From NCBI GenBank assembly GCA_964626665.1, contig CAZVGK010000050.1, positions 1 to 14,684 on the forward strand: a stretch of 14,684 bases of DNA, given 5' to 3'. The notes under the pieces were generated by a model. It was given only the letters and a program-made list of their open reading frames with translations, ran no database searches and was not told where the DNA came from. Position 1 is the stretch's first letter; the number at the start of each line of letters is the position of its first letter. A program made the position numbers and the translations under genes. Origin of the DNA: an uncultured Gemmatimonadota bacterium. Its GTDB lineage: Bacteria; SM23-81; DAOVCL01. This document shows positions 7,537-14,684 of the stretch, one piece after another.

Positions 7537-7816
7537 TGACAGGATAACAGGATTTACAGGATCTTTGCTTAGCTTGATCATCCTGTTTATCCCGTATATT
7601 AAAAGAGGAATTTTTCCTGCTAAGGATGGGCCGGAACTTGTCCCGACCTGCCTTAGCTTGTCGGAGGGTCTGTCTGCCTTCCTCGGACTCCGGTAGATCG
7701 GAATCCCTGTAATAAATAACCCTCACCAATCCGAGATGTTACCTCCAAATTTACGATTAGATCGAACTAACAGAACTTACACGACTTTTATTTATCCTGT
7801 CCATCTTGTCAATCCT
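7537..7816. repeat. ACAGGAT periodic repeat, copy 2, with two inverted partners
   Basis: 7537-7562 TGACAGGATAACAGGATTTACAGGAT; inverted ATCCTGTTTATCCCGT near 7580-7595 and ATCCTGTCCATCTTGTCAATCCT at 7794-7816. Confidence 0.7.
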
Positions 7817-7875
7817 TTCTAAAATGGAAATTCCTAAATTCTTTAATTAAAAAAGAGCAGGTTAACTGCTCCAAA

Positions 7876-7952
7876 TGGTCGGGGCGACTGGATTTGAACC
7901 AGCGACCACTAGCCCCCCATGCTAGTGCGCTACCGGACTGCGCTACGCCCCG
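7876..7952 (-). tRNA. tRNA-Pro(GGG)
   Basis: CGGGGCG acceptor; anticodon arm CTAGC-AT GGG GG-GCTAG; T-loop GGTTCAAATCC; CCA encoded. Confidence 0.96.
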
Positions 7953-7962
7953 ACCAAACCTC

Positions 7963-7991
7963 AATATATTGCTTTGGGAGGAACCTGTCAA
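7963..7991 (-). promoter_or_regulatory. Sigma70 promoter for tRNA-Pro(GGG)
   Basis: TTGACA (7991-7986), 17 nt, TATATT (7968-7963), ending 10 nt upstream of the tRNA. Confidence 0.75.
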
Positions 7992-8021
7992 GTAAAAATC
8001 CCCCTTTGCCTAAGCTCCATT

Positions 8022-8050
8022 AAACTACCCCTCTTAAAATCCAAAGTCAA
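8022..8050 (-). promoter_or_regulatory. Possible second, tandem sigma70 promoter
   Basis: TTGACT (8050-8045), 17 nt, TAGTTT (8027-8022). Confidence 0.45.
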
Positions 8051-8126
8051 GCCCAAAATTGGCTTGTGGCTGAGAATCCCAGGTAATGCTCCTCTCCCTG
8101 GTTCACCGCCAATCCTAAAAAAGGCC

Positions 8127-8155
8127 TTGACAGGGCCCAAAGATTCTCCTACTTT
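8127..8155 (+). promoter_or_regulatory. Sigma70 promoter for the tRNA-Arg/His/Glu cluster
   Basis: TTGACA (8127-8132), 17 nt, TACTTT (8150-8155), ending 9 nt upstream of tRNA-Arg. Confidence 0.75.
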
Positions 8156-8164
8156 ACCTTTTGG

Positions 8165-8238
8165 GCGCCTGTAGCTCAGTTGGATAGAGCAGCTGCCTTC
8201 TAAGCAGCGGGTCGGGGGTTCGAATCCCTCCAGGCGTG
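8165..8238 (+). tRNA. tRNA-Arg(TCT)
   Basis: GCGCCTG/CAGGCGT acceptor; anticodon arm GCTGC-CT TCT AA-GCAGC; T-loop GGTTCGAATCC. Confidence 0.96.
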
Positions 8239-8246
8239 CTGAAGAT

Positions 8247-8321
8247 GGTGAGCGTAGCTCAGTTGGATAGAGCACCAGGTTGTGGCCCTGGTGGTCGGGG
8301 GTTCGAGTCCCCTCGCTCACC
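8247..8321 (+). tRNA. tRNA-His(GTG)
   Basis: G-1 plus GTGAGCG/CGCTCAC acceptor with C discriminator; anticodon arm CCAGG-TT GTG GC-CCTGG. Confidence 0.96.
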
Positions 8322-8331
8322 CCTATTTTGT

Positions 8332-8405
8332 GTCCCCATCGTCTAGGCGGACTAGGACACTGGCCTTTCACGCCGGCAACAGGGGTTCGAATCCCCTTGG
8401 GGACA
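8332..8405 (+). tRNA. tRNA-Glu(TTC)
   Basis: GTCCCCA/TGGGGAC acceptor; anticodon arm CTGGC-CT TTC AC-GCCGG; T-loop GGTTCGAATCC. Confidence 0.96.
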
Positions 8406-8420
8406 CTGGCTTGAGCGCTC

Positions 8421-8453
8421 AACCCTTTTGGCTGAGATGCCAGAGGGTTTTCT
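8421..8453 (+). terminator. Probable intrinsic terminator of the tRNA cluster
   Basis: AACCCTTTTGGC-tgagat-GCCAGAGGGTT followed by TTCT. Confidence 0.6.
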
Positions 8454-8503
8454 ATATGGATGAGATAGAGAATAGTAGCAAATGAGCTGTTTTGTAGTTT
8501 CTA

Positions 8504-8545
8504 AAATGTAAAGGGGTCAACCAGAAGGCTGGCCCCTTTGCATTT
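8504..8545. terminator. Hairpin between convergent units, probable terminator
   Basis: AAATGTAAAGGGGTCA...TGGCCCCTTTGCATTT, 16 nt past the stop of the 8562 gene. Confidence 0.6.
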
Positions 8546-8561
8546 GGAATGAACCCTCTCC

Positions 8562-9422
8562 CTACTTCAGAAGCACCACCTTACGGGTCTGGGTGAAACC
8601 AGTTGCCTTCATCCGACAGAGATAGATGCCACTGGAGAGGGGTTCCCCATAGCTATCACACCCATCCCAACTAACCTCATACCTGCCTGCCCCCTGCTGC
8701 CCATCTACCAACGTCCGCACCAACTGCCCCTCTATGTTGTAGATCCTCAAGCTGACCGCTGATTGCTGACTGCTGATAGCTGGCAACTGATAGCAGATGA
8801 GGGTGGTAGAGTTGAAGGGATTGGGATAGTTCTGGGAGAGGCTGAAAGCCTCCGGCAAATGAGCCAAGTCCCTGTTTCCCTCTACGCCAACTCTACCGTC
8901 CGAAAATGTAGGAATGTATTTAATCCCATTTGAGACAAAGAAATTGTCATCCTCACCCCAGAAAATTATGTTGGTATCAGCTCCATATCCGAAGCTGGCG
9001 GGGACAAATCTAAGGATATATACTGGATTAGGTGAAAAAGTTACAGCATAACCAGGTTCAGGTTGATGTTTTTCAACGAAGAAGCTACTGTCTGTAATAA
9101 CTATTGAATCAGTCCATCCGAAGCTGGAATCAGGCCATTCTGGTCCCTGAGACCAATCGATTAGAGTAAGTTTTGAAGGGTCCCAGTATATCAAGTTTCC
9201 GAAATGAGTAACCTCTCTGGTGGTATCCTGGAAGATGAAGGTAACTGGTACACTAACTGTATCCTCAATAGGAAATTGGGGCATTTCGAATTCGAAAGTG
9301 ACGGTACTGTCGAGCTTGCCCTTAGTCTCTGCCAAGGAAGATGAAAAAGGTACAAAGATGGCGATGACAAAGACAATCGCCAGGCTCCTCAGCACGAAAT
9401 TAAACATTTTATGGATGAACAT
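8562..9422 (-). CDS. Secreted protein: signal peptide A, cohesin-like domain, FlgD-Ig/T9SS-A-like CTD (type X)
   Basis: RBS AAGGAGGG; hydrophobic signal; DTVSVPVTF...IYWDPSKL..G cohesin-like pattern; QNYPNPFN...SSGIYLCRMKA...KVVLLK. Confidence 0.85.
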   Translation of the reverse strand: MFIHKMFNFVLRSLAIVFVIAIFVPFSSSLAETKGKLDSTVTFEFEMPQFPIEDTVSVPVTFIFQDTTREVTHFGNLIYWDPSKLTLIDWSQGPEWPDSSFGWTDSIVITDSSFFVEKHQPEPGYAVTFSPNPVYILRFVPASFGYGADTNIIFWGEDDNFFVSNGIKYIPTFSDGRVGVEGNRDLAHLPEAFSLSQNYPNPFNSTTLICYQLPAISSQQSAVSLRIYNIEGQLVRTLVDGQQGAGRYEVSWDGCDSYGEPLSSGIYLCRMKATGFTQTRKVVLLK

Positions 9423-9550
9423 TTGATTCCCTCCTTGTGTTTAGTTTCGGACCAAGAAACGAATCTCACTGGCACCCTTCTGTTTCGGGTAGCAGTGATA
9501 TTCCATTGGAAAGGAGAGCAATTCGTGAGTTCCTCCTATCCCTTTCCAGA

Positions 9551-10381
9551 TTACCTGAGCAAGTCCATCTTCTGGGTCTGAGTGAAGTTGCCTGCCTTCA
9601 TCCGGCATAGATAGATGCCACTGGCCATACCACTGGCATCCCAGGTGACTCTGTGATAACCAGCTCCCTGTCTCTGATCCACCAATGTTACCACCTTCTC
9701 CCCTGCGATGTTATAAACCTCCAGGCTCACCTGACAACCAACAGGGAGGCTATAGCTTATCCTGGTCTCTGGATTGAAGGGATTGGGATAGTTCTGGAAT
9801 AGAGAGTATTGAATTGGCCTCTCAAGATGTTCTTGATCCGAAGGTATCCCTACAACAATTGCACCATCAACCAATTTAGGTATGTAATTGACCCCAGGTT
9901 CACAGGAATCATAAAAGTTCAAATCGCCAGCAGAGAAGCTTATCGAGATAGAATGTCCGTAGCCAAAGCAGAGAGGAATTAGCCTGAGAAAATACACTGG
10001 TTCAGAAGTAAATGTCGTACAGTTACCATAGCTCTGCACTTGGACACAGTTAGAGTCAATAAGTTCAACCTCCAAAGAATCCCAAGGTAACCCAGGGCCA
10101 GAAACTACAGTGACATAGCTGACCTCATCAGGATTCCAGGTTATCCGATTTGTAAAGCCCACCAGTGTGCTGTCGGTGAGGAACTTAACAGGAACTTCTA
10201 CTGTGTCTTCAAGTGGGGATCCCTCAACCTGACCAATTTCGAAAGTACTAAAAGAATCAGGATAGGTACTTTTGGTTCCCACGGGCTCTGCCAAGGAGAA
10301 TGAAAAGGGCACAAAGATGGCGATGATAAAGACAATCGCCAGGCTCCTCAGCACGAGATTAAATACTTTATGGGTGAACAT
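9551..10381 (-). CDS. Secreted protein: signal peptide A, cohesin-like domain, T9SS-A-like CTD (type Y)
   Basis: Same RBS and signal peptide type as the 9422 gene; DTVEVPVKF...GFTNRITWNPDEVSYVTVVSG; QNYPNPFNP...WDASGMASGIY. Confidence 0.85.
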   Translation of the reverse strand: MFTHKVFNLVLRSLAIVFIIAIFVPFSFSLAEPVGTKSTYPDSFSTFEIGQVEGSPLEDTVEVPVKFLTDSTLVGFTNRITWNPDEVSYVTVVSGPGLPWDSLEVELIDSNCVQVQSYGNCTTFTSEPVYFLRLIPLCFGYGHSISISFSAGDLNFYDSCEPGVNYIPKLVDGAIVVGIPSDQEHLERPIQYSLFQNYPNPFNPETRISYSLPVGCQVSLEVYNIAGEKVVTLVDQRQGAGYHRVTWDASGMASGIYLCRMKAGNFTQTQKMDLLR

Positions 10382-10517
10382 TTGATTCCCTCCTTGTGGG
10401 TGGTTTTTGGTTAAAGAGTAAAGATGAATTCCATCCCGGAGTTCTAATCTAAGGGGTAGTGGGATTCAATTTGAAATAAGAACAATTGAAGTCGTCCTCT
10501 TTCTTTTCAAACTACGA

Positions 10518-12266
10518 CTATCGCAGAAGCACCATCTTTCTGGTCTGGTTAAAGCTACCCGCGCTTATCCTGTAAAGATAGATTCCACTGGCCATACCAC
10601 TGGCATCCCAGGTGACTCTGTGATAACCAGCTCCCTGCCTCTGATTCACCAATGTTGCCACCCTCTCCCCGGTAATGTTATAAACCTCCAAGCTCACCTG
10701 ACAACCAACAGGGAGGCTATAGCTTATCCTGGTCTTCGGGTTGAAGGGGTTGGGATAGTTAGGAAAGAGAGTAAACTTTTCTGGAGGAGTAACCGAGGCT
10801 CTCTGGATACGCTCATAGTAGCCGGAGGAAATAAGCACAAAGTCTCTCTTCATCCCCTCCTCAGGGGCACCATCGGCGGGGAAGAGAAGATCAATCCTCT
10901 CCCCTGGCTGCAGATTAACCATCCTCTTATCTTGATCCCTCAAAAGGGAGGTTATATCACCAAGCCTGGAGTGAGTAGCAGTGGAGAGATCTATCTTGTT
11001 ACCAGGCAGGGGAGTAAAATCAGCTATGTAACATCCGATCATATCTGCAGTGTAGGAAGAATTATAGGCCAGCTTAATAGTTACCTTCTCACCTGGTGAT
11101 GCATCGCTAAGGTCTATGACAATAGCACCTTCATAGGGATTTGCCCTGGGGAATATCTCTCTAATTGAAGAACTACCCTCTCCTATGATAGTTATCTTTT
11201 CTCCCATGGATGAAGGAAGAGCCTTGTCGACTACCCCTCCCTTTATCATATACTTCGGTAGATCCTCTAAGCTCAGTTGGCAATTGCCAGATCCAGGAAT
11301 ATCAGATGGGAGATAATATTCCAAAAGCAGATACCCAGAACCATTGGAGGTAAAATAGAGACCATCCTCTTCTTTTAACTCCTCCAGGTGATCATTACCT
11401 TTATCATCAGTGCAGCCAATCAAGGGTAATTTCTGCTTATACTCATAGAGACCCCCATCTTCTCCTATGGCCACTTTAGTTCCATACGGATGGTCTGCCT
11501 CTATCAACTGGAAGCTATTCAGGAATGATCTCTCCTTTTCAAATTCCCTGATCTGTAGATGGTAGAAGCCATTTTCTCCCACTAAGGGCTGATTGAGGAG
11601 GTAATAGTCTATAACCTCCTTTTCTCCTCTGGTTTTGTCCTCTGAGGCAGGGAGGATGGTGTTGTCCTCAACAAAATCGTCTCCATCCCAGGTATAGACA
11701 TAAGGACAACCGTGCTCTGGCCGCTGGATGGTCAGGTAGCCCCGTTCAAATTGTAAGTGAACTGGAATAAGGGTACTATCACAGCAATAACCCCAGGGAT
11801 TCATCTCGGAGTCGGAGAGGGGTCTAAGTTCAAACTTTACTCTTGTAGTATGATAAATATGTTTTCTAATCTCCCACTCAGGGGTCCACATAGTCTTCCA
11901 ACTGGAATCAGGGATCAACCAGAAGTAGCAAGGGCAAGGTGGCCGGCAGAAAGCTCCAGTTGCCCGGCCATTAGGGTAGTCTGGCGGTCCCCCAAATATG
12001 GGTGAGTAGGTATAAAGTTCAACTCCCCACCTGCTTAGCGGTGCCTCGGGAACATCGGGGGTAATATCCTTCATCCCCACAGGTATCTTTACAATGTCCC
12101 CGGGCAAGTGCTTGGTAGTGGTTACATCTCCAACTTTAACCAAAATCCGATAGTTTGTATCGCATTCCCCACCAGAGGCAGCCAGGGCCAGGGTGAAAGC
12201 CCCTATGCTGAAGGCAAAGGCCAAAAGGCTGACCACAGTTAATCTTACACCTTTTGAAGAAGCCAT
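10518..12266 (-). CDS. Secreted protein: signal peptide B, Cys-rich region, uncharacterised GCPYVYTWDG domain, CTD type Y
   Basis: RBS AAGGAGG; signal peptide ending ALA-A; 582-aa open frame; NYPNPFN...KMVLLR C-terminus. Confidence 0.85.
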   Translation of the reverse strand: MASSKGVRLTVVSLLAFAFSIGAFTLALAASGGECDTNYRILVKVGDVTTTKHLPGDIVKIPVGMKDITPDVPEAPLSRWGVELYTYSPIFGGPPDYPNGRATGAFCRPPCPCYFWLIPDSSWKTMWTPEWEIRKHIYHTTRVKFELRPLSDSEMNPWGYCCDSTLIPVHLQFERGYLTIQRPEHGCPYVYTWDGDDFVEDNTILPASEDKTRGEKEVIDYYLLNQPLVGENGFYHLQIREFEKERSFLNSFQLIEADHPYGTKVAIGEDGGLYEYKQKLPLIGCTDDKGNDHLEELKEEDGLYFTSNGSGYLLLEYYLPSDIPGSGNCQLSLEDLPKYMIKGGVVDKALPSSMGEKITIIGEGSSSIREIFPRANPYEGAIVIDLSDASPGEKVTIKLAYNSSYTADMIGCYIADFTPLPGNKIDLSTATHSRLGDITSLLRDQDKRMVNLQPGERIDLLFPADGAPEEGMKRDFVLISSGYYERIQRASVTPPEKFTLFPNYPNPFNPKTRISYSLPVGCQVSLEVYNITGERVATLVNQRQGAGYHRVTWDASGMASGIYLYRISAGSFNQTRKMVLLR

Positions 12267-12295
12267 CTTATCCTCCTTAATCTAAAGGTTTCTAT

Positions 12296-14017
12296 TTACT
12301 TCAAAAGCACCATCTTCTGGGTCTTGGTGAAGCCTCCGGCCTTCATCCGGCAAAGATAGATTCCACTGGAGAGGGGCTCCCCACGGCTGTCACACCCATC
12401 CCAAGTAACCTCATACCTACCTGTCCCCTGTTCCCCATCTACCAAAACCCGCACCAACTGCCCCTCTATGTTGTAAATCTTCAAGCTGACCGCTGATTGC
12501 TGATTGCTGATAGCTGGCAACTGGTAACGGATGAGGGTAGTGGAGTTGAAAGGGTTGGGATAATTGGGCAACAGAGCAAATAAACGAGGAAGCTTGGATG
12601 ATTCTTCGCCCTTAACCCCTACCGGAGTTCCACTTGCTATGTTGGATATCCCCGACCAGTTGGGCACCTCATCCGCAGCCTTCAGGGCAAAATAGTAGGT
12701 TGAGTGCGGGGTGAGCCCCTCTACCTTAAACTGCTGCCCTGTCCCCGCCGGCACTGGAGCTGGCTCATCGGCCACCGTATCTGCCCCCTCCCACCAGGCA
12801 GTGGTATCTGTCCCTACTGGATTAGTTGAATAGCGAATGTCATATCTGTGGGCTGTCCCCTGATTGCCATCATTTCCCGGCGCCGTCCAGGTGAGGGAGA
12901 CATAATCACTCCCCTCATATCCAACCGAAAGATCGATTACCTTAAAAGGAGGTAGATCATCCTCTACAAGCTGAGCATAAGAGTATATTCTTCCCTGAAC
13001 AGAATCACAGGATGAAAAGATGAAAAAGCTACTACTACCATTTAGCTCTACATCTGAAGACTTATTGCCGGAATATTGGGGGATAAAGATAAGCGTATAA
13101 AGCTTGTAGGTGTTTAGTAAGGATGATGAGCAGGTGTCCGGAGATACCTCTGGGATAAACCCTAAGTATTGAACCTCAATCGTGTTCCCATAAACGGAAC
13201 TTGTTAATGAGTCGGGGGCGAGTCTGTCGGTTTCTAATCTGACAAACTGGAACTTAACTGGTTCATATGTCATAAAGTGGTGGAAACCTTTATAAAATGG
13301 GTTCTCCGAATGTATGCGAAAGGTTACCCTAAAAGTATCTGTGGCATGGCCATAGATCGGTGCTAGCTCAGGAGTGAGAGGAGGATCAGGGGGAATACAG
13401 GTGTCAGCATCAGATGGACTTAGAAGGACACCAGGATTCAAGTATTTCATAAACATAGAACCAGCTTTGAGAGAATCTGTACATGGTTCGTAAGCACCCC
13501 CAACTCTATCAACGTAATCATTCTTCCATATAATATTTTTGAATCTCACAGGAGCCTTTTTATCACTTCCAAAACATTTGGGTTGGAAATGGAGGTAGTA
13601 GACCGGATCCCCAGAAAAACTGGCTAACTCAAGGGAATCTGAGTAATTACCTCTTATAGCGAGCGCGGTGTCACCCTCTGTTGTATCTTTCCATGACCAA
13701 TTTTCCGGGAAAGCTGGACCTTTACTCCATCCCATATAGGTAAGCTCACCGCTGTCCCAAACAAACGTGGTGTAGAGATTCTGTATACTACTGGTGTCTA
13801 CTCCTCCAGATGCGTCGTAACGGAGGAAAGTTACAGGAACAGAGTCGACTACTCCTGGTATAACTTCCACAGAGTCGATTTTAAATACGCAACTCAGATC
13901 TTCCTCTCCTTTGCTTCCTCCGGGAGAAGCAGCCAAGGCCAGGGTGAAAGATCCCAGGCTGAGAGCAAGGGCCAATAGGCTGGCTACCACTAATTTTACA
14001 ACTTTTGAAGAAACCAT
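12296..14017 (-). CDS. Secreted protein: signal peptide B, two cohesin-like domains, fibronectin type III, CTD type X
   Basis: RBS AAGGAGGT; VDSVPVTF...FVWDSGEL and DTFRVTF...MTYEPVKF segments; FN3 VSLTWTAPG...GLTPHSTYYFALKAADE; NYPNPFN CTD. Confidence 0.85.
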   Translation of the reverse strand: MVSSKVVKLVVASLLALALSLGSFTLALAASPGGSKGEEDLSCVFKIDSVEVIPGVVDSVPVTFLRYDASGGVDTSSIQNLYTTFVWDSGELTYMGWSKGPAFPENWSWKDTTEGDTALAIRGNYSDSLELASFSGDPVYYLHFQPKCFGSDKKAPVRFKNIIWKNDYVDRVGGAYEPCTDSLKAGSMFMKYLNPGVLLSPSDADTCIPPDPPLTPELAPIYGHATDTFRVTFRIHSENPFYKGFHHFMTYEPVKFQFVRLETDRLAPDSLTSSVYGNTIEVQYLGFIPEVSPDTCSSSLLNTYKLYTLIFIPQYSGNKSSDVELNGSSSFFIFSSCDSVQGRIYSYAQLVEDDLPPFKVIDLSVGYEGSDYVSLTWTAPGNDGNQGTAHRYDIRYSTNPVGTDTTAWWEGADTVADEPAPVPAGTGQQFKVEGLTPHSTYYFALKAADEVPNWSGISNIASGTPVGVKGEESSKLPRLFALLPNYPNPFNSTTLIRYQLPAISNQQSAVSLKIYNIEGQLVRVLVDGEQGTGRYEVTWDGCDSRGEPLSSGIYLCRMKAGGFTKTQKMVLLK

Positions 14018-14054
14018 CTCAACCTCCTTGATCTAAAGGTTTCTACTCCTTGAC

Positions 14055-14631
14055 TTACTTCAAAAGCACAATCTTACGGGTCTGGGTGAAACCACCTGCC
14101 TTCATCCGGCAAAGATAGATCCCACTGGAGAGGGGCTCCCCACGGCTGTCACACCCATCCCAAGTAACCTCATACCTACCTGCCCCCTGTTCCCCATCTA
14201 CCAAAACCCGCACCAACTGCCCCTCTATGTTGTAGACCTTCAAGCTGACCGCTGATTGCTGACTGCTGATAGCTGGTAGGTGGTAGCGGATGAGGGTGGT
14301 GGAATTGAAGGGATTGGGATAGTTGGGGAAGAGAGTAAACTTTTCTGGAGGAGTAACTGAGGCTTTCTGGATATGTTCATAGTTGCCGGAGGAAAGAAGC
14401 ACAAAGTTCCTCTTCATCCCCTTTTCAGGAACACCATCGGCGGGGAAGAAAAGATCAATCCTCTCACCTGGCTGCAGATCAACCATTTCCTTATCTTGAT
14501 CCCTCAAAAGGAAGGTTATATCACCAAGCCTGGAGTGAGTGGCAGTGGAAAGATCTATCTTGTTACCAGGCAGAGGAGTAAAATCAGCTATGTAACATCC
14601 GATCATATCTGCAGTGTAGGAAGAATTATAG
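14055..14631 (-). pseudogene. 5'-truncated paralog of the 10518-12266 gene carrying CTD type X
   Basis: 14305-14631 matches 10741-11067 at a constant offset of 3564. Homology stops abruptly at 14631, there is an in-frame TAA at 14678-14676, and no signal peptide or RBS. Confidence 0.75.
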
Positions 14632-14684
14632 CCCGACTTCCGCAGTAAAAAGGCTAAGTGGTTGTAAATTATGACTTAGATTTT
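14632..14684 (-). mobile_element. Probable end of an IS1634-family insertion sequence
   Basis: CCCGACTTCCGCAGT starts at the homology breakpoint. The minus strand ends ...ACTGCGGAAGTCGGG (LRKSG), resembling recalled IS1634-type ends. No transposase is visible. Confidence 0.45.

Noticed and set aside
7502-7729. 75-aa minus-strand ORF upstream of the GT2 gene
   Set aside because: It runs through ACAGGAT repeats and palindromic fragments with no recognisable domain. A GGAGGT upstream leaves slight doubt.
4093-7816. CRISPR array
   Set aside because: Repeats are 8-9-nt periodic units or isolated duplicates, without regular unique spacers or cas genes.
7809-8485. ORFs 7809-7991, 7974-8174, 7988-8422 and 8282-8485
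   Set aside because: Shadow frames over tRNA genes and their promoters.
9423-10517. Integron attC sites between co-oriented genes
   Set aside because: No RYYYAAC...GTTRRRY core pair with a single long hairpin, no integrase, and the genes are paralogs rather than unrelated cassettes.
8562-14324. CTD repeats as a diversity-generating retroelement TR/VR pair
   Set aside because: Differences between the copies compared are not adenine-specific, all copies are in-frame coding, and no reverse transcriptase is present.
10620-14648. Plus-strand ORFs 10620-11099, 11757-12005 and 14373-14648
   Set aside because: Antisense to the secreted-protein genes; the similarity between the first and last simply reflects the duplication.

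Overview
Bacterial window whose secreted proteins with NYPNPFN/FlgD-type C-termini suggest an FCB-type lineage (KSB1/TA06/Zixibacteria-like; inference only). The left part (1-8450) is housekeeping: ccdA and a TlpA/ResA thioredoxin, a LolA-like secreted protein, apt, acyP, a TIGR00725 protein, a COG2426 membrane protein, pcm, surE, a GT2 glycosyltransferase and five tRNAs (Pro-CGG, Pro-GGG, Arg-TCT, His-GTG, Glu-TTC). Most large spacers in this part hold small palindromic or periodic repeat elements. These include an IS200/IS605-like non-autonomous element with a nested REP-like pair and a ~160-nt multi-hairpin inverted-repeat element. Most informative is a 174-bp element whose 9-nt-periodic terminal inverted repeats enclose the remnant of a GxxExxY (PD-(D/E)XK) nuclease gene; a second copy of its left end lies at 4093-4170. 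The right part (8562-14631) is a co-oriented array of five secreted-protein genes. They combine two signal-peptide types, divergent cohesin-like or other middles, and two C-terminal sorting-domain types, with a visible switch point at the NYPNPFN codons. The last gene is truncated by a probable IS1634-type end at the window edge. Family assignments come from motif recognition, not database searches.
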